Of a stretch of 64,000 bases of DNA, positions 35,528-48,117 are shown piece by piece. The notes beneath the pieces were generated by a model, which made no database searches, had not been told where the DNA came from, and saw only the letters and a list, made by a program, of their open reading frames with translations. How positions within the stretch are numbered: the first letter of the stretch is position 1; the number at the start of each line of letters is the position of its first letter. Origin of the DNA: Macrostomum lignano (taxonomy: Eukaryota); assembly GCA_002269645.1 (NCBI GenBank), contig NIVC01000084.1, forward strand, positions 496,001-560,000, read 5' to 3'. The translations under genes and the position numbers were made by a program.

Positions 35528-37398
35528 CAGTGTAACTTCTAGTGTAACTTCTAGTTCCAAGGAAAGTAACTTCTGGCACTTGTTCTAATATCTGTACTTT
35601 TTATAAAAAGTAATTTCCAGTAGGCCTACTTCCATTACTGGTCCTTTAGTCTAAACAACGGCCAATTAAAAAGTGCTCAAACATGTCTTTAGAAAAAAAA
35701 ACAGAAATTATTTGTTGATCAAGACTTATACATGCTGTTATTCCTCAAAAAAGAAGCTACATCATATTTTTTATTATCATATCCAAAATTTGAGTAAATA
35801 AACAAAACCTTTACAAAACAAAGATTAGCAGCATCTGATATATCAGGATGCTACACTTGCAATTCTTAGAAAAAAATTAGAGGCCAATTTTCAAATGTTG
35901 ATTCTGACTTTTGAAAAGTATGAATGAAGATAATTTTTGTCTAATAGGTGTATGACACCACAGTTTGGATCGTGTAGTAGTGTACGCTGGAACAAGAATC
36001 CTATCTCAGCTAAATGTATGCCAGTGTACACCAAAAACAAAAAAATTACCTAAAATGTACGCCAAAAATTCCTCCTAAAAAAAGGTCATTCAGTTTTCAC
36101 GAGTACAGTTTTCTAAGAAAGGCTTTCGTATGAAAATTCCTTCAAATATTACAAATATTTTCATTTTAAACAAACTTAAATTAAACCTACAGAAAAAAGA
36201 ATGCAAAATTTAATTTACATTGTTAGCAATAATTGACACAAGTTTTATTCATTGTTAATTGTAAAAAAGCAAAAAGTTTATCACTGATTTTCTAGACTAT
36301 ATAAATTTTCCTTCATTTTACGTAAAAACTAATAAGGGTTAATTTTCATTACAATTTTTATACACAGCATCAATTTATTCACCAAAATTGGTACGCCAAA
36401 AATTTCTCAAGCTCAAAGTGGTACGCCCAAGTGGTATGCCAAAATAGCCAAACTTCTCAATGGTATGCCAGAAAATTCTAGCTTACATGTAACCTTCCTA
36501 AGTGTGGGTGTGACAATGAGTAGAATACTTCTTTAGATGACTTATAGTTTTTGTGGGTCATTCTCGTTCCCATACTAGTATAGTGCTGTAGTTTTACAAC
36601 AGCTATACTTTTACAGTAGTGTAAGTATACTTTTGCACAGCTGACTCATTTAGAATCAGTGATAATCTTCTGGTAGCCTTGGAAATGCCAGTTAACAATT
36701 AAGAAATAAGATACCTAGACAACAAATGGATAGAATTTGATAGATGGACTAATGCATAAGACTTAAAATAACTTGATTAGTGTGCCATGTGCTACAGAAA
36801 ATCATAATTAGCCTCAGGAGTTAAAAGTCAAAATACTCTTTAAATGTATCACTCTTAGAATGCATCATTTGTGTTGTCCTGTACAAATATCAAAATAAAG
36901 AAATTGGCCTTCAAAAGATTTTCCACAAATCATGTGTGTAGCATCCTGGTGCCCAGAAGGTGTACTGCTGGTTATCCTTGTTAGATCAAAATTTTGTAAG
37001 GAGTTGTTAAAGGATGTTTATTGTTTTGGAAGTGTCTTGTTTTTAGCATTAGTTACCAATAATTACTTAATTCTATGATTTTAGGATGCTTGAAACATGC
37101 TTTAACTTAAAAGTAAAAAACCACACAAACTAGGATCATCTCTTTTTTACCTTTTTATAACTGTACTACGAGTATTTTGGTTAAAGTTTTGCACTTTTGG
37201 GAAATATTTAGTTCTAAATTGGCTGTTTTTGGCAGCTAAAATTTCATTTTAAAGTGCCAGAAGACTGGACTTATTAAAAAGTAACTTCTGTTACCTTAGT
37301 CTGGCATTCTGAAAAAAAACTGGAAAAAGTGCTGCTTTAAAAAAAAGTAACCTCCGGTACTAAAAGTGCCAGAAGTGCCAGAACTTTGCCCAACACTG
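35528..37398. mobile_element. Non-autonomous hAT-type element (1871 bp)
   Basis: CAGTG...CACTG termini. Perfect 8-bp TSD CTAATATT (35520-35527 and 37399-37406). Subterminal AAGTAAC(T/C)TC and AGTGCCAGAA repeats. No transposase ORF. Confidence 0.85.
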
Positions 37399-38013
37399 CT
37401 AATATTATAGACATGATAGTTGTATCTATAAAGTATGGACCTTGGAACTGTTTAAAAAAATAGCCTCAAAACTTATAGTCTAATATACTAAAAATGAAAT
37501 GCTTGGTTGCTTGCTTGTAATTGATTTTCTCCCAAACGGCTCAACCGATTTTCTTCAAACTTGCACCATTCGATCAGAAATTTTCCCGGGACGGTACATG
37601 CATATTGGCTAAGAAATTGCTCAATGTTAAAGGGATTAAATATTCGAAAAACATGATTTTTTGCAAAGGTCAAGCAGCTCTTTCGACCTGAAATGCATTG
37701 TAAGAATGCTAGAGAAAAATCTGACTGGTTGAATTCTGATTCTAAAATAGATTGCATCACAATACACTTTATTTATCGTCTGTGTACTGGCTGAATTTGA
37801 CACTCAATTGAATTGCGTCACAGCTTTGAGGGTGAAAGTATAGTGCAGTACTGAATTTATATTACGTAACCATATTGTTAACTTTCATAGACACTGGTAC
37901 TGACTTGCCTAAGAAATTGATTATGTCATAACTGCTTTGCGTGACTTTTTACTCTACCTGACTTGGTGTGAGTGTTGAATTATATAAGTGGTACAAATTC
38001 ACTGATAACTTCG

Positions 38014-38130
38014 ATGAGAGCTAGCCTAGAGCTGAGCAGACCAGACTGCTAATGCAGCGACCTGGGTTCGAATCTAAGTAGTTTAAAAGTAGTAGTGTAA
38101 AATTTTTTATTAAAAGCTTTTATTAAAGGA
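38014..38130 (+). mobile_element. tRNA-derived SINE-like head, copy 1
   Basis: GAGCTAGCCTAGAG (A-box-like), GACTGCTAAT (core of the tRNA-Ser GCT anticodon arm), GGTTCGAATC (B box). Homologous to 39902-40000. Confidence 0.6.
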
Positions 38131-38147
38131 CTAAATAAAAACACTTA

Positions 38148-39615
38148 GATTACTGCACTCGATAAGCTAAGGATTATTGCTCTTGGCAAACCAAGGAATA
38201 CTGCACTCGATAAGCCAAGGATTATTGCTCTTGGCAAACCAAGGATTACTGCACTCGATAAGCCATGGATTATTGCTATTAATAAACCAAGGATTACTGC
38301 ACTCGATAAGCCAAGGATTATTGCTATTAATAAACCATGAATTACTGCACTCGATAAGCCATGGATTATTGCTATTAATAAACCAAGGATTACTGCACTC
38401 GATAAGCCATGGATTATTGCTATTAATAAACCAAGGATTACTGCACTCGATAAACCAAGGATTATTGCTATTAATAAACCAAGGATTACTGCACTCGATA
38501 AGCCAAGGACTATTGCTATTAATAAACCAAGGATTACTGCACTCAATAAACCAAGGACTATTGCTCTTGGCAAACCAAGGATTACTGCACTCGATAAGCC
38601 AAGGACTATTGCTCTTGGCAAACCAAGGATTACTGCACTCGATAAGCCATGGATTATTGCTATTAATAAACCAAGGATTACTGCACTCGATAAGCCAAGG
38701 ATTATTGCTATTAATAAACTAAGGATTACTGCACTCGATAAACCAAGGATTATTGCTATTAATAAACCAAGGATTATGCACTTGGCAAACCAAGGATTAC
38801 TGCACTCGATAAGCCAAGGATTATTGCTATTAATAAACCAAGCATTACTGCACTCAATAAACCAAGGACTATTGCTATTAATAAACCAAGGATTACTGCA
38901 CTCAATAAACCAAGGACTATTGCTCTTGGCAAACCAAGGATTACTGCACTCGATAAGCCAAGGATTATTGCTATTAATAAACCAAGGATTACTGCACTCG
39001 ATAAGCCAAGGATTATTGCTATTAATAAACCAAGGATTAATGCACTCGATAAACCAAGGATTATTGCTATTAATAAACCAAGGATTACTGCACTCGATAA
39101 GCCAAGGATTATTGCTATTAATAAACCAAGGATTATGCACTTGGCAAACCAAGGATTACTGCACTCGATAAGCCAAGGATTATTGCTATTAATAAACCAA
39201 GGATTACTGCACTCAATAAACCAAGGACTATTGCTATTAATAAACCAAGGATTACTGCACTCAATAAACCAAGGACTATTGCTCTTGGCAAACCAAGGAT
39301 TACTGCACTCGATAAGCCAAGGACTATTGCTCTTGGCAAACCAAGGATTACTGCACTCGATAAGCCATGGATTATTGCTATTAATAAACCAAGGATTACT
39401 GCACTCGATAAGCCAAGGATTATTGCTATTAATAAACCAAGGATTACTGCACTCGATAAACCAAGGATTATGCACTTGGCAAACCAAGGATTACTGCACT
39501 CGATAAGCCAAGGATTATTGCTATTAATAAACCAAGGATTACTGCACTCAATAAACCAAGGACTATTGCTATTAATAAACCAAGGATTACTGCACTCGAT
39601 AGCCAAGGATTACTG
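38148..39615. repeat. 48-bp (2x24) minisatellite
   Basis: AAACCAAGGATTACTGCACTCGAT alternating with AAGCCAAGGATTATTGCTATTAAT. Confidence 0.97.
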
Positions 39616-39649
39616 CGCTTGATAAGCTTGGCTACATGTATAGGATTAT

Positions 39650-39890
39650 TTCTATCCAGGGATGCTTGCTATTTAGGGATTCTTGCTATGTGCAGGATGC
39701 TTGCTATCTGGAAGGATGCTTCTACATTATTTGGGGTATGCTTGCTATCTGCAAGATGCTTGCTATCTGCAAGATGCTTGCTATCTGCAGATGCTTGCTA
39801 TCTGGGTGGATGCTTGCTAGGAGTATTAGGGGATGCTTGCTACTGGGGGGATGCTTGCTGTCTTGGGAATATTTTCTATTTAGGGGTAAT
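39650..39890. repeat. Degenerate ~18-bp tandem repeat
   Basis: CTATCTGCAAGATGCTTG core. Confidence 0.7.
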
Positions 39891-39901
39891 GACTAAAATT
39901 C

Positions 39902-40000
39902 ATGAGAGCTAGCCTAGAGGTAAACAGACTAAACTGCTAAATGCAGGGATGATGGTTCGAATTTTTAGAGAGTAGAGTTTTTTTAATTAAAGCCTTTTAA
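39902..40000 (+). mobile_element. tRNA-derived SINE-like head, copy 2
   Basis: ATGAGAGCTAGCCTAGAG...ACTGCTAAATGCAG...GGTTCGAAT, plus an AT-rich tail shared with copy 1. Confidence 0.55.
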
Positions 40001-40019
40001 CGCCAAGACAAAAAAAATT

Positions 40020-41225
40020 ATGGAAGCGTCATGTAAACAATCATACAAGCGTCATGTAAACAATCATAGAAGCGTCATGTAAAAATCATAGAAGCGTCAT
40101 GTAAAAATCATAGAAGCGTAATGTAAACAATCATAGAAGCGTCATGTTAAAATCATAAAAGCGTCATGTAAACAATCATACAAGCGTCATGTAAACAATC
40201 ATAGAAGCGTCATGTAAAAAAATCATAGAAGCGTCATGTTAAAATCATAAAAGCGTCATAAAAAATCATAGAAGCGTCATGCAAGCAATCATAGAAGCGT
40301 AATGTAAACAATCATAGAAGCGTCATGTTAAAATCATACAAGCGTCATGTAAACAATCATACAAGCATCATGTAAACAATCATAGAAGCGTCATGTAAAA
40401 AAATCATAGAAGCGTCATGTTAAAATCATAGAAGCGTCATGTAAACAATCATAGAAGCGTCATGTAAACAATCATAGAAGCGTCATGTAAAAATCATAGA
40501 AGCGTCATGTAAAAATCATAGAAGCGTCATGTAAACAATCATAAAAGCGTCATGTAAACAATCATAGAAGCGTCATGTATACAATCATAGAAGCGTAATG
40601 TAAACAATCATAGAAGCGTCATGTTAAAATCATACAAGCGTCATGTAAACAATCATACAAGCGTCATGTAAACAATCATAGAAGCGTCATGTAAAAAAAT
40701 CATAGAAGCGTCATGTTAAAATCATAGAAGCGTCATGTAAACAATCATAGAAGCGTCATGTAAACAATCATAGAAGCGTCATGTAAAAATCATAGAAGCG
40801 TCATGTAAAAATCATAGAAGCGTCATGTAAAAATCATAGAAGCGTCATGTAAACAATCATACAAGCATCATGTAAACAATCATAGAAGCGTCATGTATAC
40901 AATCATAGAAGCGTCATGTAAACAATCATAGAAGCGTCATGTATACAATCATAGAAGCGTCATGTAAAAATCATAGAAGCGTCATGTAAAAATCATAGAA
41001 GCGTCATGTAAACAATCATAGAAGCGTCATGTAAAAATCATAGAAGCGTCATGTAAAAAATCATAGAAGCGTCATGTAAAAATCATAAAAGCGTCATGTA
41101 AAAAATCATAGAAGCGTCATGTAAAAATCATAGAAGCGTCATGTAAACAATCATAGAAGCGTCATGTAAAAATCATACAAGCGTCATGTAAACAAGCATA
41201 GAAGCGTCATGAAAAAATTATAGAA
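40020..41225. repeat. 22/23-bp minisatellite
   Basis: AATCATAGAAGCGTCATGTAAA(C), about 53 copies. Confidence 0.97.
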
Positions 41226-41229
41226 GCCT

Positions 41230-42345
41230 CATATAAAAACTAATGAAAGTGTGTCATTTAAAAAATTAAGAAGCATCATGGAAGAATAAAAGAAGCGTAA
41301 CGTAAAAATCAAAAGAAGCGTCATGTCAGACATGAAAGAAATGTCATATAAAAATTAAATGAAGCTATAGTACAGTGCTGTGCTGGGGAGAATTACTGAG
41401 ACGTCAAGGCTCACAGAGAATAACTGAGATTACAGGGGGGTTTCTGAGATGTTAAAGCAAAAGTCAGAAGCTACTTCAAAGTACATGTACTTTACTTAAG
41501 TTTTTTATTGCATTCTTTGTTGGCTCGCCACGGGGGGCGCTGATAGAAGAAGAGTCATGTAAAAATAAAAGGAGCACTATGTATACATAAAATAAAAGTC
41601 ATGTCAAAGTTAAAAGATTCATTTGGGAATTGCTACGATGTCAAAGCTTGGAGGGAATCGTTATAGTGCTGTGATTCTTAAAGAAGGAATCACTTAAATG
41701 CCAAGGCTTAGGGAAGAAGAATTGCTGTGATTTCAAGGCTTTAGGTTGGGTGAAAGTTAGGTTTACGTCAGGTTTGGGTTGAGGGTTAGATTTTAGCGCG
41801 TTTCAAGGTTAACAGGGGATTTTTTAGATTTCAAGGTTTATGGGGGGCATCGCTGACATGTCAAGGCTTACGAGGGGAATCTATCTATCTATCTATAGCT
41901 GAGATGTCAAGGCTCACGGGGGAATAAATGAGATGTCAAGGCTAATGTCAGAAGCTACATGTAGTTTATTGGAAAAAAGTTATTACATTATTTGTTGGCT
42001 TCTCACGGGAGGGATCGCTGATAGAAAAAGCGTAATGTAAAAAAAAAAGAAGCTTCATGTCAAAGTTAAGAGATTCATTTGGGAATCCCTACGATGTCGA
42101 GGCTTGCAGGGAATCGCTATAATGCTGTAGTAGTGCTATAGACTCTTAGAGAGAATTACTGAAATTTCAATGCTTTAGGGTTAGGGTTAGGGTTAGGGTT
42201 AGGGTTAGAAAATAGACAGATTTTTTAAGATTTCAAGGCTTGTGGGAGCATTGCTGAGATGTCAAGGGGGAGTTGATATGTTAAGGCTTGTGGGGGGGGA
42301 TTGCTGACATGTCAAGGCTTACAAGGGTACTGGTAGCGTACTGAA
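41230..42345 (+). repeat. Degenerate repeat family with GCTGAGATGTCAAGGCT subunits, an internal ~470-bp duplication and an interstitial (TTAGGG)5
   Basis: 41520-41900 resembles 41990-42330. TTAGGG run at 42177-42208. The reverse complement of this family is at 52900-57050. Confidence 0.75.
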
Positions 42346-43053
42346 GCATACTGGTAGAAGTAGCTCTGAAAGAAGGCAAGTATGGTTGAATTTCAATGTC
42401 TGTTATAAAATTCTGCACAAACATGTTTTATTGGTACATAAGCCTGGAATTAAAATGAGAATTCGATTCCTAGCCCCCCTCCCTAAGAATTTTTTTTCAT
42501 TTAAAAGGATTCGTCCCTTGCTTATTGGCCACCCCGAAGGCCATTTTTTATCAAAAATGATAAAAATAATTTTTATCAAACACGTTGACATATACAGGGC
42601 TCTAAACTAAAAACTGTAAAAAGTTGATAGTTTTGTTTTACCTAAAATGCGTTATTAACGATCTCCAAAAATTCCTATTTTAAGCTTAAGCTTAAGAAAA
42701 ACACTTAAAGTACTCCTGCTAAAAGGTATATTATATTAGACGAATATTAATTATTTCTGCTCCCCGAAGGGGGGCAAAACTTTAGCTAGTAATGATTCTA
42801 TTCATTGTGAATCATTGATACTTATGCTTTTCTTAAGCTCAAAAATCAATATAAAAATGTACCCAAATAATATAATTAACTCTTTAACCACAAGGTCTTC
42901 TAGAAAGGCATCTTCTAAAAATAATAGAATTGAAACCATAAGCCCCTAGGCCTATTTATCGTTCTAAAGGTACCAAAAGTCAATCAGAACTCAATAATCA
43001 TTTAAGAATATTAGAATTGATCCAAAAGATCCTATCCAATCCCTTAGGAATAA

Positions 43054-43240
43054 GGAGGGCTATAGCCCAGCAGTAGCGCAACTGCTCTGGTGTGCCAGCA
43101 ACCCAGGCTCAATTCCAAGTGCAGTCACATTAATTTGGGGCTGAATTGAAATCTCAGCTTGGCTCCGCTCGTGCAATTAATGGCCTTGAGAGCCAACCCC
43201 CCAAGGCGCAGTGAAGTGTACATGCCTAATAATAATATAA
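43054..43240 (+). mobile_element. Probable tRNA-derived SINE
   Basis: A-box-like TAGCCCAGCAGTAG, B-box-like GGCTCAATTCC, (AAT)n tail. Confidence 0.5.
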
Positions 43241-43857
43241 AGTTAGGGTTGCTGTACACTACTGTGTGAGGTGTGAGTGTGTGCCTGCATATGTATCCGT
43301 GCGCTTTTGTGCCTGCTCAGGGGAGTTGGCAGAATGAGCAATAATGCCTTTTGCCGATTGTGTGCCTATGTCACTTAAAGTGCGCCAGGGTGCACACAAC
43401 CCCCCTGCCTCTAATAAAAAAGGAGACCTTTAATTAAATAACTCAATAGAAATCACTTGATCAACAACCACTAATAATAACATAGCTCTTAATGACCAAA
43501 GAACAAAGATATTTAGAAGGCTTTTCTAATAGCGCATATTTATTTTAGAGATGTTCTGGTATTCTACAGTAAAGTTTTACAAAAACTGGTTTATTCTTGT
43601 TTAATTTGATAGACTGAAATGGTTCAATCTTAGGAATTTGACTGACAGTTAAAAATAATTCTAGTAAATATAGTAGGAGTGGGAATATCATTTACCTTTG
43701 TTGGGGTCATAATTCATCGTTTACCCTGTAAAAGGTAATCATTATCAATCTCTTTCATTATTGAATGGTAACATAAAATCATTTTTCGTTTTGCTACACA
43801 TGTTTGGTTTACTCTACTTATAGTAGCATTTCTGAAGGAATGAATCTCTACAGTTAT

Positions 43858-44137
43858 AGCTTAGTGCCTTAGTGGTTATAGCATTGGACTTGCAACTTGA
43901 TGATTAAGGGGTTCAATTCCCAATCCCACTAGGAATAATTTGTGCCCTTAAGCAAGACACTTAACTCTGCATTGCTTCAGTTCACCTAGCTGTAAAATGG
44001 GTAAAGCAATAGGTGGGGTGATTAAGGGTGTGCATGGGACCCCAGTCCTTGGACTGAATAGCTATATGTAGTCTTTTTAGCTGTCGGCTGCAAAACTGGC
44101 CCAATTGGGGCAGTTGTAATCAATAATAATTATTATT
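43858..44137 (+). mobile_element. tRNA-derived SINE with a Meta-type central domain (MetaSINE-like)
   Basis: A box TGCCTTAGTGGTTA, B box GGTTCAATTCCC. Central TGTGCCCTTAAGCAAGACACTTAACTCTGCATTGCTTCAGTTCACCTAGCTGTAAAATGGGTA resembles the Meta domain as I recall it. (AAT)n tail. Confidence 0.7.
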
Positions 44138-44333
44138 ATATTTATCATACTAGTAAATTCTTGTCTGGAATCTAGATCCTTTTGCTTTTAGCCCTTATAT
44201 CTACACATACCCTTTGACCTAAACTTTTGAGAATTTTAGCCATAGAAAAATATCAAAAACTCTCATCTCAGCCTCTTTGATTTATAAATCTTCTATTGTG
44301 TTATGTATTAACCTATAGATCTCTACTTCAGCA

Positions 44334-44514
44334 ATGTCCTCGAGTGGCTGGGTCACATCTGGCATATCTGGCCCAATACCAGCTCATACACTCTATGAAG
44401 CCAATGCTGACCTTGATAGTCAGGCCAGAAGTGCTCGCATACGCAGGATAGCAGCGGCTGCTGATGCTGCTGCCGCCAATGCCACTGCTTCTGGTTTGCC
44501 ATGGGGTCGGCAAG
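44334..44514 (+). CDS. ENKD1: ENKD1 exon 1
   Basis: MSSSGWVTSGISGPIPAHTLY ~ human RISGPIPPDPTL. g|gtaatg donor (phase 1). Confidence 0.85.
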
Positions 44515-44579
44515 GTAATGCTTTATTGTATATTTTTTAAGTAGAACAGAGTTATTCATCATGAATCTAATGTTTAAAG

Positions 44580-45170
44580 TAGCTAGCACACACAGATCCC
44601 ATGGTTAGGGTAGCTAGCACACACACAGATCCCATGGTTAGGGTAGCTAGCACACACACAGATCCCATGGTTAGGGTAGCTAGCACACACAGATCCCATG
44701 ATTCGGGTAGCTAGCACACACAGATCCCATGATTAGGGTAGCTAGCACACACACAGGGATCCCATGATTCGGGTAGCTAGCACACACACAGCTCCCATGG
44801 TAAGGGTAGCTAGCACACACAGATCCCATGGTTAGGGTAGCTAGCACACACACAGATCCCATGGTTAGGGTAGCTAGCACACACACAGCTCCCATGGTTA
44901 GGGTAGCTAGCACACACAGATCCCATGGTTAGGGTAGCTAGCACACACAGATCCCATGGTTAGGGTAGCTAGCACACACAGATCCCATGGTTAGGGTAGC
45001 TAGCACACACAGATCCCATGGTTAGGGTAGCTAGCACACACAGATCCGATGGTTAGGGTAGCTAGCACACACAGATCCCATGGTTAGGGTAGCTAGCACA
45101 CACAGATCCGATGGTTAGGGTAGCTAGCACACACAGATCCCATGGTTAGGGTAGCTAGCTCACACAGATC
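44580..45170 (+). repeat. 31/33-bp minisatellite, ENKD1 intron 1
   Basis: GTAGCTAGCACACA(CA)CAGATCCCATGGTTAGG. Confidence 0.95.
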
Positions 45171-45217
45171 CATGCAGCCTAATCTAAAGTTATTTTTCAA
45201 CCCACTAAAAATCGCAG

Positions 45218-45582
45218 GCAGTCCGCCCCCAACTTCGGATTCGTCGCGAGATTTCGTTCGAGAAAATATTCGCCGATTGCGATCAAACAGCGCGCACGCA
45301 CGCAGCCGCAGGGGCTCTGAGAGCGGATGTTTGGACACTGGCCGGGATTCCTTGCAACAACGAGATTCCAAATTTGCCCACGTAGCGTCGCGAGTTTATA
45401 CAGACGTGCCGGACAGGTATCGCTACCGGGCAGATGGTGCGGCCTCGGATCGTCAGCGGACCGACCGGCCATCCAGTCGTGGCGCTTATTTGAGAGCGCA
45501 CGAGAAAACTGGCCCAAATCCGGCGCTTGACGATCATCCTGTGGCGCCGTTTCCTAGAACTGCACCGGAGCATAAGCTGACG
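45218..45582 (+). CDS. ENKD1: ENKD1 exon 2
   Basis: atcgcag acceptor and acg|gtaagg donor. RDFVRENIRRLR, KFAHVASRV and YLRAHEKTG match ENKD1 motifs. Confidence 0.9.
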
Positions 45583-45604
45583 GTAAGGCTTGTTTAGGAT
45601 GGCG

Positions 45605-46565
45605 TTTTAGTACTTCATGAACTTTAGGTAGCTTATTTAGTACTTCATGAACTTTAGGAAGGCTTTTAGTACTTCGTGAACTTTATGTAGCTTATTTAGT
45701 ACTCCGTGACCCTTATGTAGCTTATTTAGTACTTCGTGACCCTTATGTAGCTTATTTAGTACTCCGTGACCCTTATGTAGCTTATTTAGTACTTCGTGAC
45801 CTTTATCTAGCTTATTTAGTACTTCGTGACCTTTATGTAGCTTATTTAGTACTCCGTGACCTTTATGTAGCTTATTTAGTACTCCGTGAACTTTATGTAG
45901 CTTATTTAGTACTCCGTGACCCTTATGTAGCTTATTTAGTACTTCGTGACCTTTATCTAGCTTATTTAGTACTTCGTGACCTTTATGTAGCTTATTTAGT
46001 ACTCCGTGACCTTTATGTAGCTTATTTAGTACTCAGTGAACTTTATGTAGCTTATTTAGTACTTCGTGACCCTTATGTAGCTTATTTAGTACTCCGTGAC
46101 CTTTATGTAGCTTATTTAGTACTCCGTGAACTTTATGTAGCTTATTTAGTACTTCGTGACCCTTATGTAGCTTATTTAGTACTCCGTGACTTTTATGTAG
46201 CTCTTATTTAGTACTTCATGATCTTTATGTAGCTTATTTAGTACTCCGTGACCTTTATGTAGCACTTATTTAGTACTTCATGATCTTTATGTAGCTTTTT
46301 TAGTACTTCGTGACCTTTATCTAGCTTATTTAGTACTCCGTGACCTTTATGTAGCTTATTTAGTTCTCCGTGACCCTTATGTAGCTTATTTAGTACTCCG
46401 TGACCTTTATGTAGCTCTTATTTAGTACTTCATGATCTTTATGTAGCTTATTTAGTACTTCGTGACCTTTATCTAGCTTATTTAGTACTCCGTGACCTCT
46501 ATGTAGCTTATTTAGTACTTCACGACCTTAAGTAGCGTATTTAGTACTCCATGACCTTTAAGTAT
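45605..46565 (+). repeat. 30-bp minisatellite, ENKD1 intron 2
   Basis: CTTATTTAGTACT(C/T)CGTGACC(C/T)TTATGTAG. Confidence 0.95.
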
Positions 46566-46905
46566 CCTTTTAGTGCTTTAGTGCTTAGTAGCTTGTAATT
46601 ACTTAATAGCATTCGTGTTGTATTCTAGGCCTGTATAATTCTTAGGTAGCTTTTTATTAGTACTCCGTGAAACTTATTTTTTTACAAGTACCAGTTAGTA
46701 CCTGATGACCTTTGGTTACTACCTTTGGGTAGCATTTTAATATTTATCAATAAAGTTTACGAAGCCTTTGATGTAGGTTTTTATTAGTACTCGATGTCTT
46801 ACGTTTACGAGTAGGTAGCTTGGTAAATTTAAGATTACCAGATTTGGTGACTCTAAATTACTAATTATTTTACCGCCATTGCCTTAATTATTCAACAACC
46901 GGCAG

Positions 46906-47250
46906 GTGCCCAAAGCCGCCGGTAGTCGGCCGCCTCGTCCGCCGTCCGCTTCAGCGTCGCCGGCGCCGCCTGTCGACTTCGTCCGCGCCAATGCCAACGC
47001 CGCTGGCAGGCCGCCTTCGGCCGCCGGCTCGTCCCGACAGTCGTCGGCCAATCGGCACTCGAGTCTGACCGCTCCGGACTGTTACCGGCGAGGCGAACTG
47101 CCCGATTATCTGCTCAAACGTCGGCACATGTGGTCGCAGGCTCGAGCCGCGGAGGCGGCCGCCAGGCCCGATCCGGAACAGCCGCCCGGGCATCGTCGAT
47201 TGGACGAGGCTGAACGACAGAAAACTCTTGGTTTGCTGCGCGATGCCCAG
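46906..47250 (+). CDS. ENKD1: ENKD1 exon 3
   Basis: VDFVRANA...GELPDYLLKRRHMW...PDPEQPPGHRRLDEAERQKTL ~ human VDFIRHNA...GHVPHYLLERRDLW...PDPAMPPGHTRMPENQRLETL. Confidence 0.92.
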
Positions 47251-47309
47251 GTGAAAAGTTCAATAATATTTTGTTTTTGTTTTATAGTTAGTTAGGGATT
47301 GTAAGATTC

Positions 47310-47990
47310 AGTAGAGTAGCTTTGAGTTGAGTAGCTTTGAGTTGAGTAGCTTTGAGTTGAGTAGCTTTGAGTTACTTGAGTTACAAAGTAGCTTTGAGTT
47401 GAGTAGCTTTTAGTTGGAGTAGCTTTGAGTTGAGTAGCTTTGAGTTGAGTAGCTTTTAGTTAGAGTAGCTTTGAGTTAAGTAGCTTTGAGTTGAGTAGCT
47501 TTGAGTTAAGTAGACTTGAGTTGAGTAGCTTTTAGTTGAGTAGCTTTGAGTTGAGTAGCTTTGAGTTAAGTAGCTTTGAGTTGAGTAGCTTTGAGTTGAG
47601 TAGCTTTGAGTTAAGTAGACTTGAGTTGAGTAGCTTTTAGTTGAGTAGCTTTGAGTTGAGTAGCTTTGAGTTAAGTAGCTTTGAGTTGAGTAGCTTTGAG
47701 TTAAGTAGACTTGAGTTGAGTAGCTTTTAGTTGAGTAGCTTTGAGTTGAGTAGCTTTGAGTTAAGTAGACTTGAGTTGAGTAGCTTTTAGTTGGAGTAGC
47801 TTTGAGTTGAGTAGCTTTTAGTTGGAGTAACTTTGAGTTGGAGTAGCTTTGGGTCATGTAGCTTTGAGTTCAGTAGCTTTGAGTTCAGTAGCTTTGAGTT
47901 CAGTAGCCTTGAGTTGAACAGATTTGAGTTTAGTAGCCTTGAGTAGAGCAGATTTGAGTTTGAGTAGTTTTGAGTTGATTAGTTTCGATT
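47310..47990 (+). repeat. 15-bp minisatellite, ENKD1 intron 3
   Basis: GAGTAGCTTTGAGTT. Confidence 0.95.
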
Positions 47991-48117
47991 AGAGTAACCT
48001 TAAAGTTGAATGCTTTCTAGTCCAGTAATTTCATGTGTAATTAGAACATTGAATTAGAGTATTTTCATCGAATTCGGCACTTTTATTTATTAAAACTGTC
48101 AATCACTCGCTGTACAG

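Noticed and set aside
37480-37780. AAACGGCTCAACCGATTTTCTTCAAACTTG segment resembling Helitron-type non-autonomous cores
   Set aside because: No termini or second copy in the window to define an element.
38145-39912. Hydrophobic and Asn-rich repeat ORFs
   Set aside because: 48-bp and 18-bp array artefacts.
42177-42208. Telomere or subtelomere signal
   Set aside because: Only about 5 TTAGGG units, internal to a repeat element, with genes on both sides.
38014-44137. Real tRNA genes at 38014, 39902, 43054 and 43858
   Set aside because: A/B boxes are present but acceptor and anticodon stems do not pair into a cloverleaf; treated as SINE heads.
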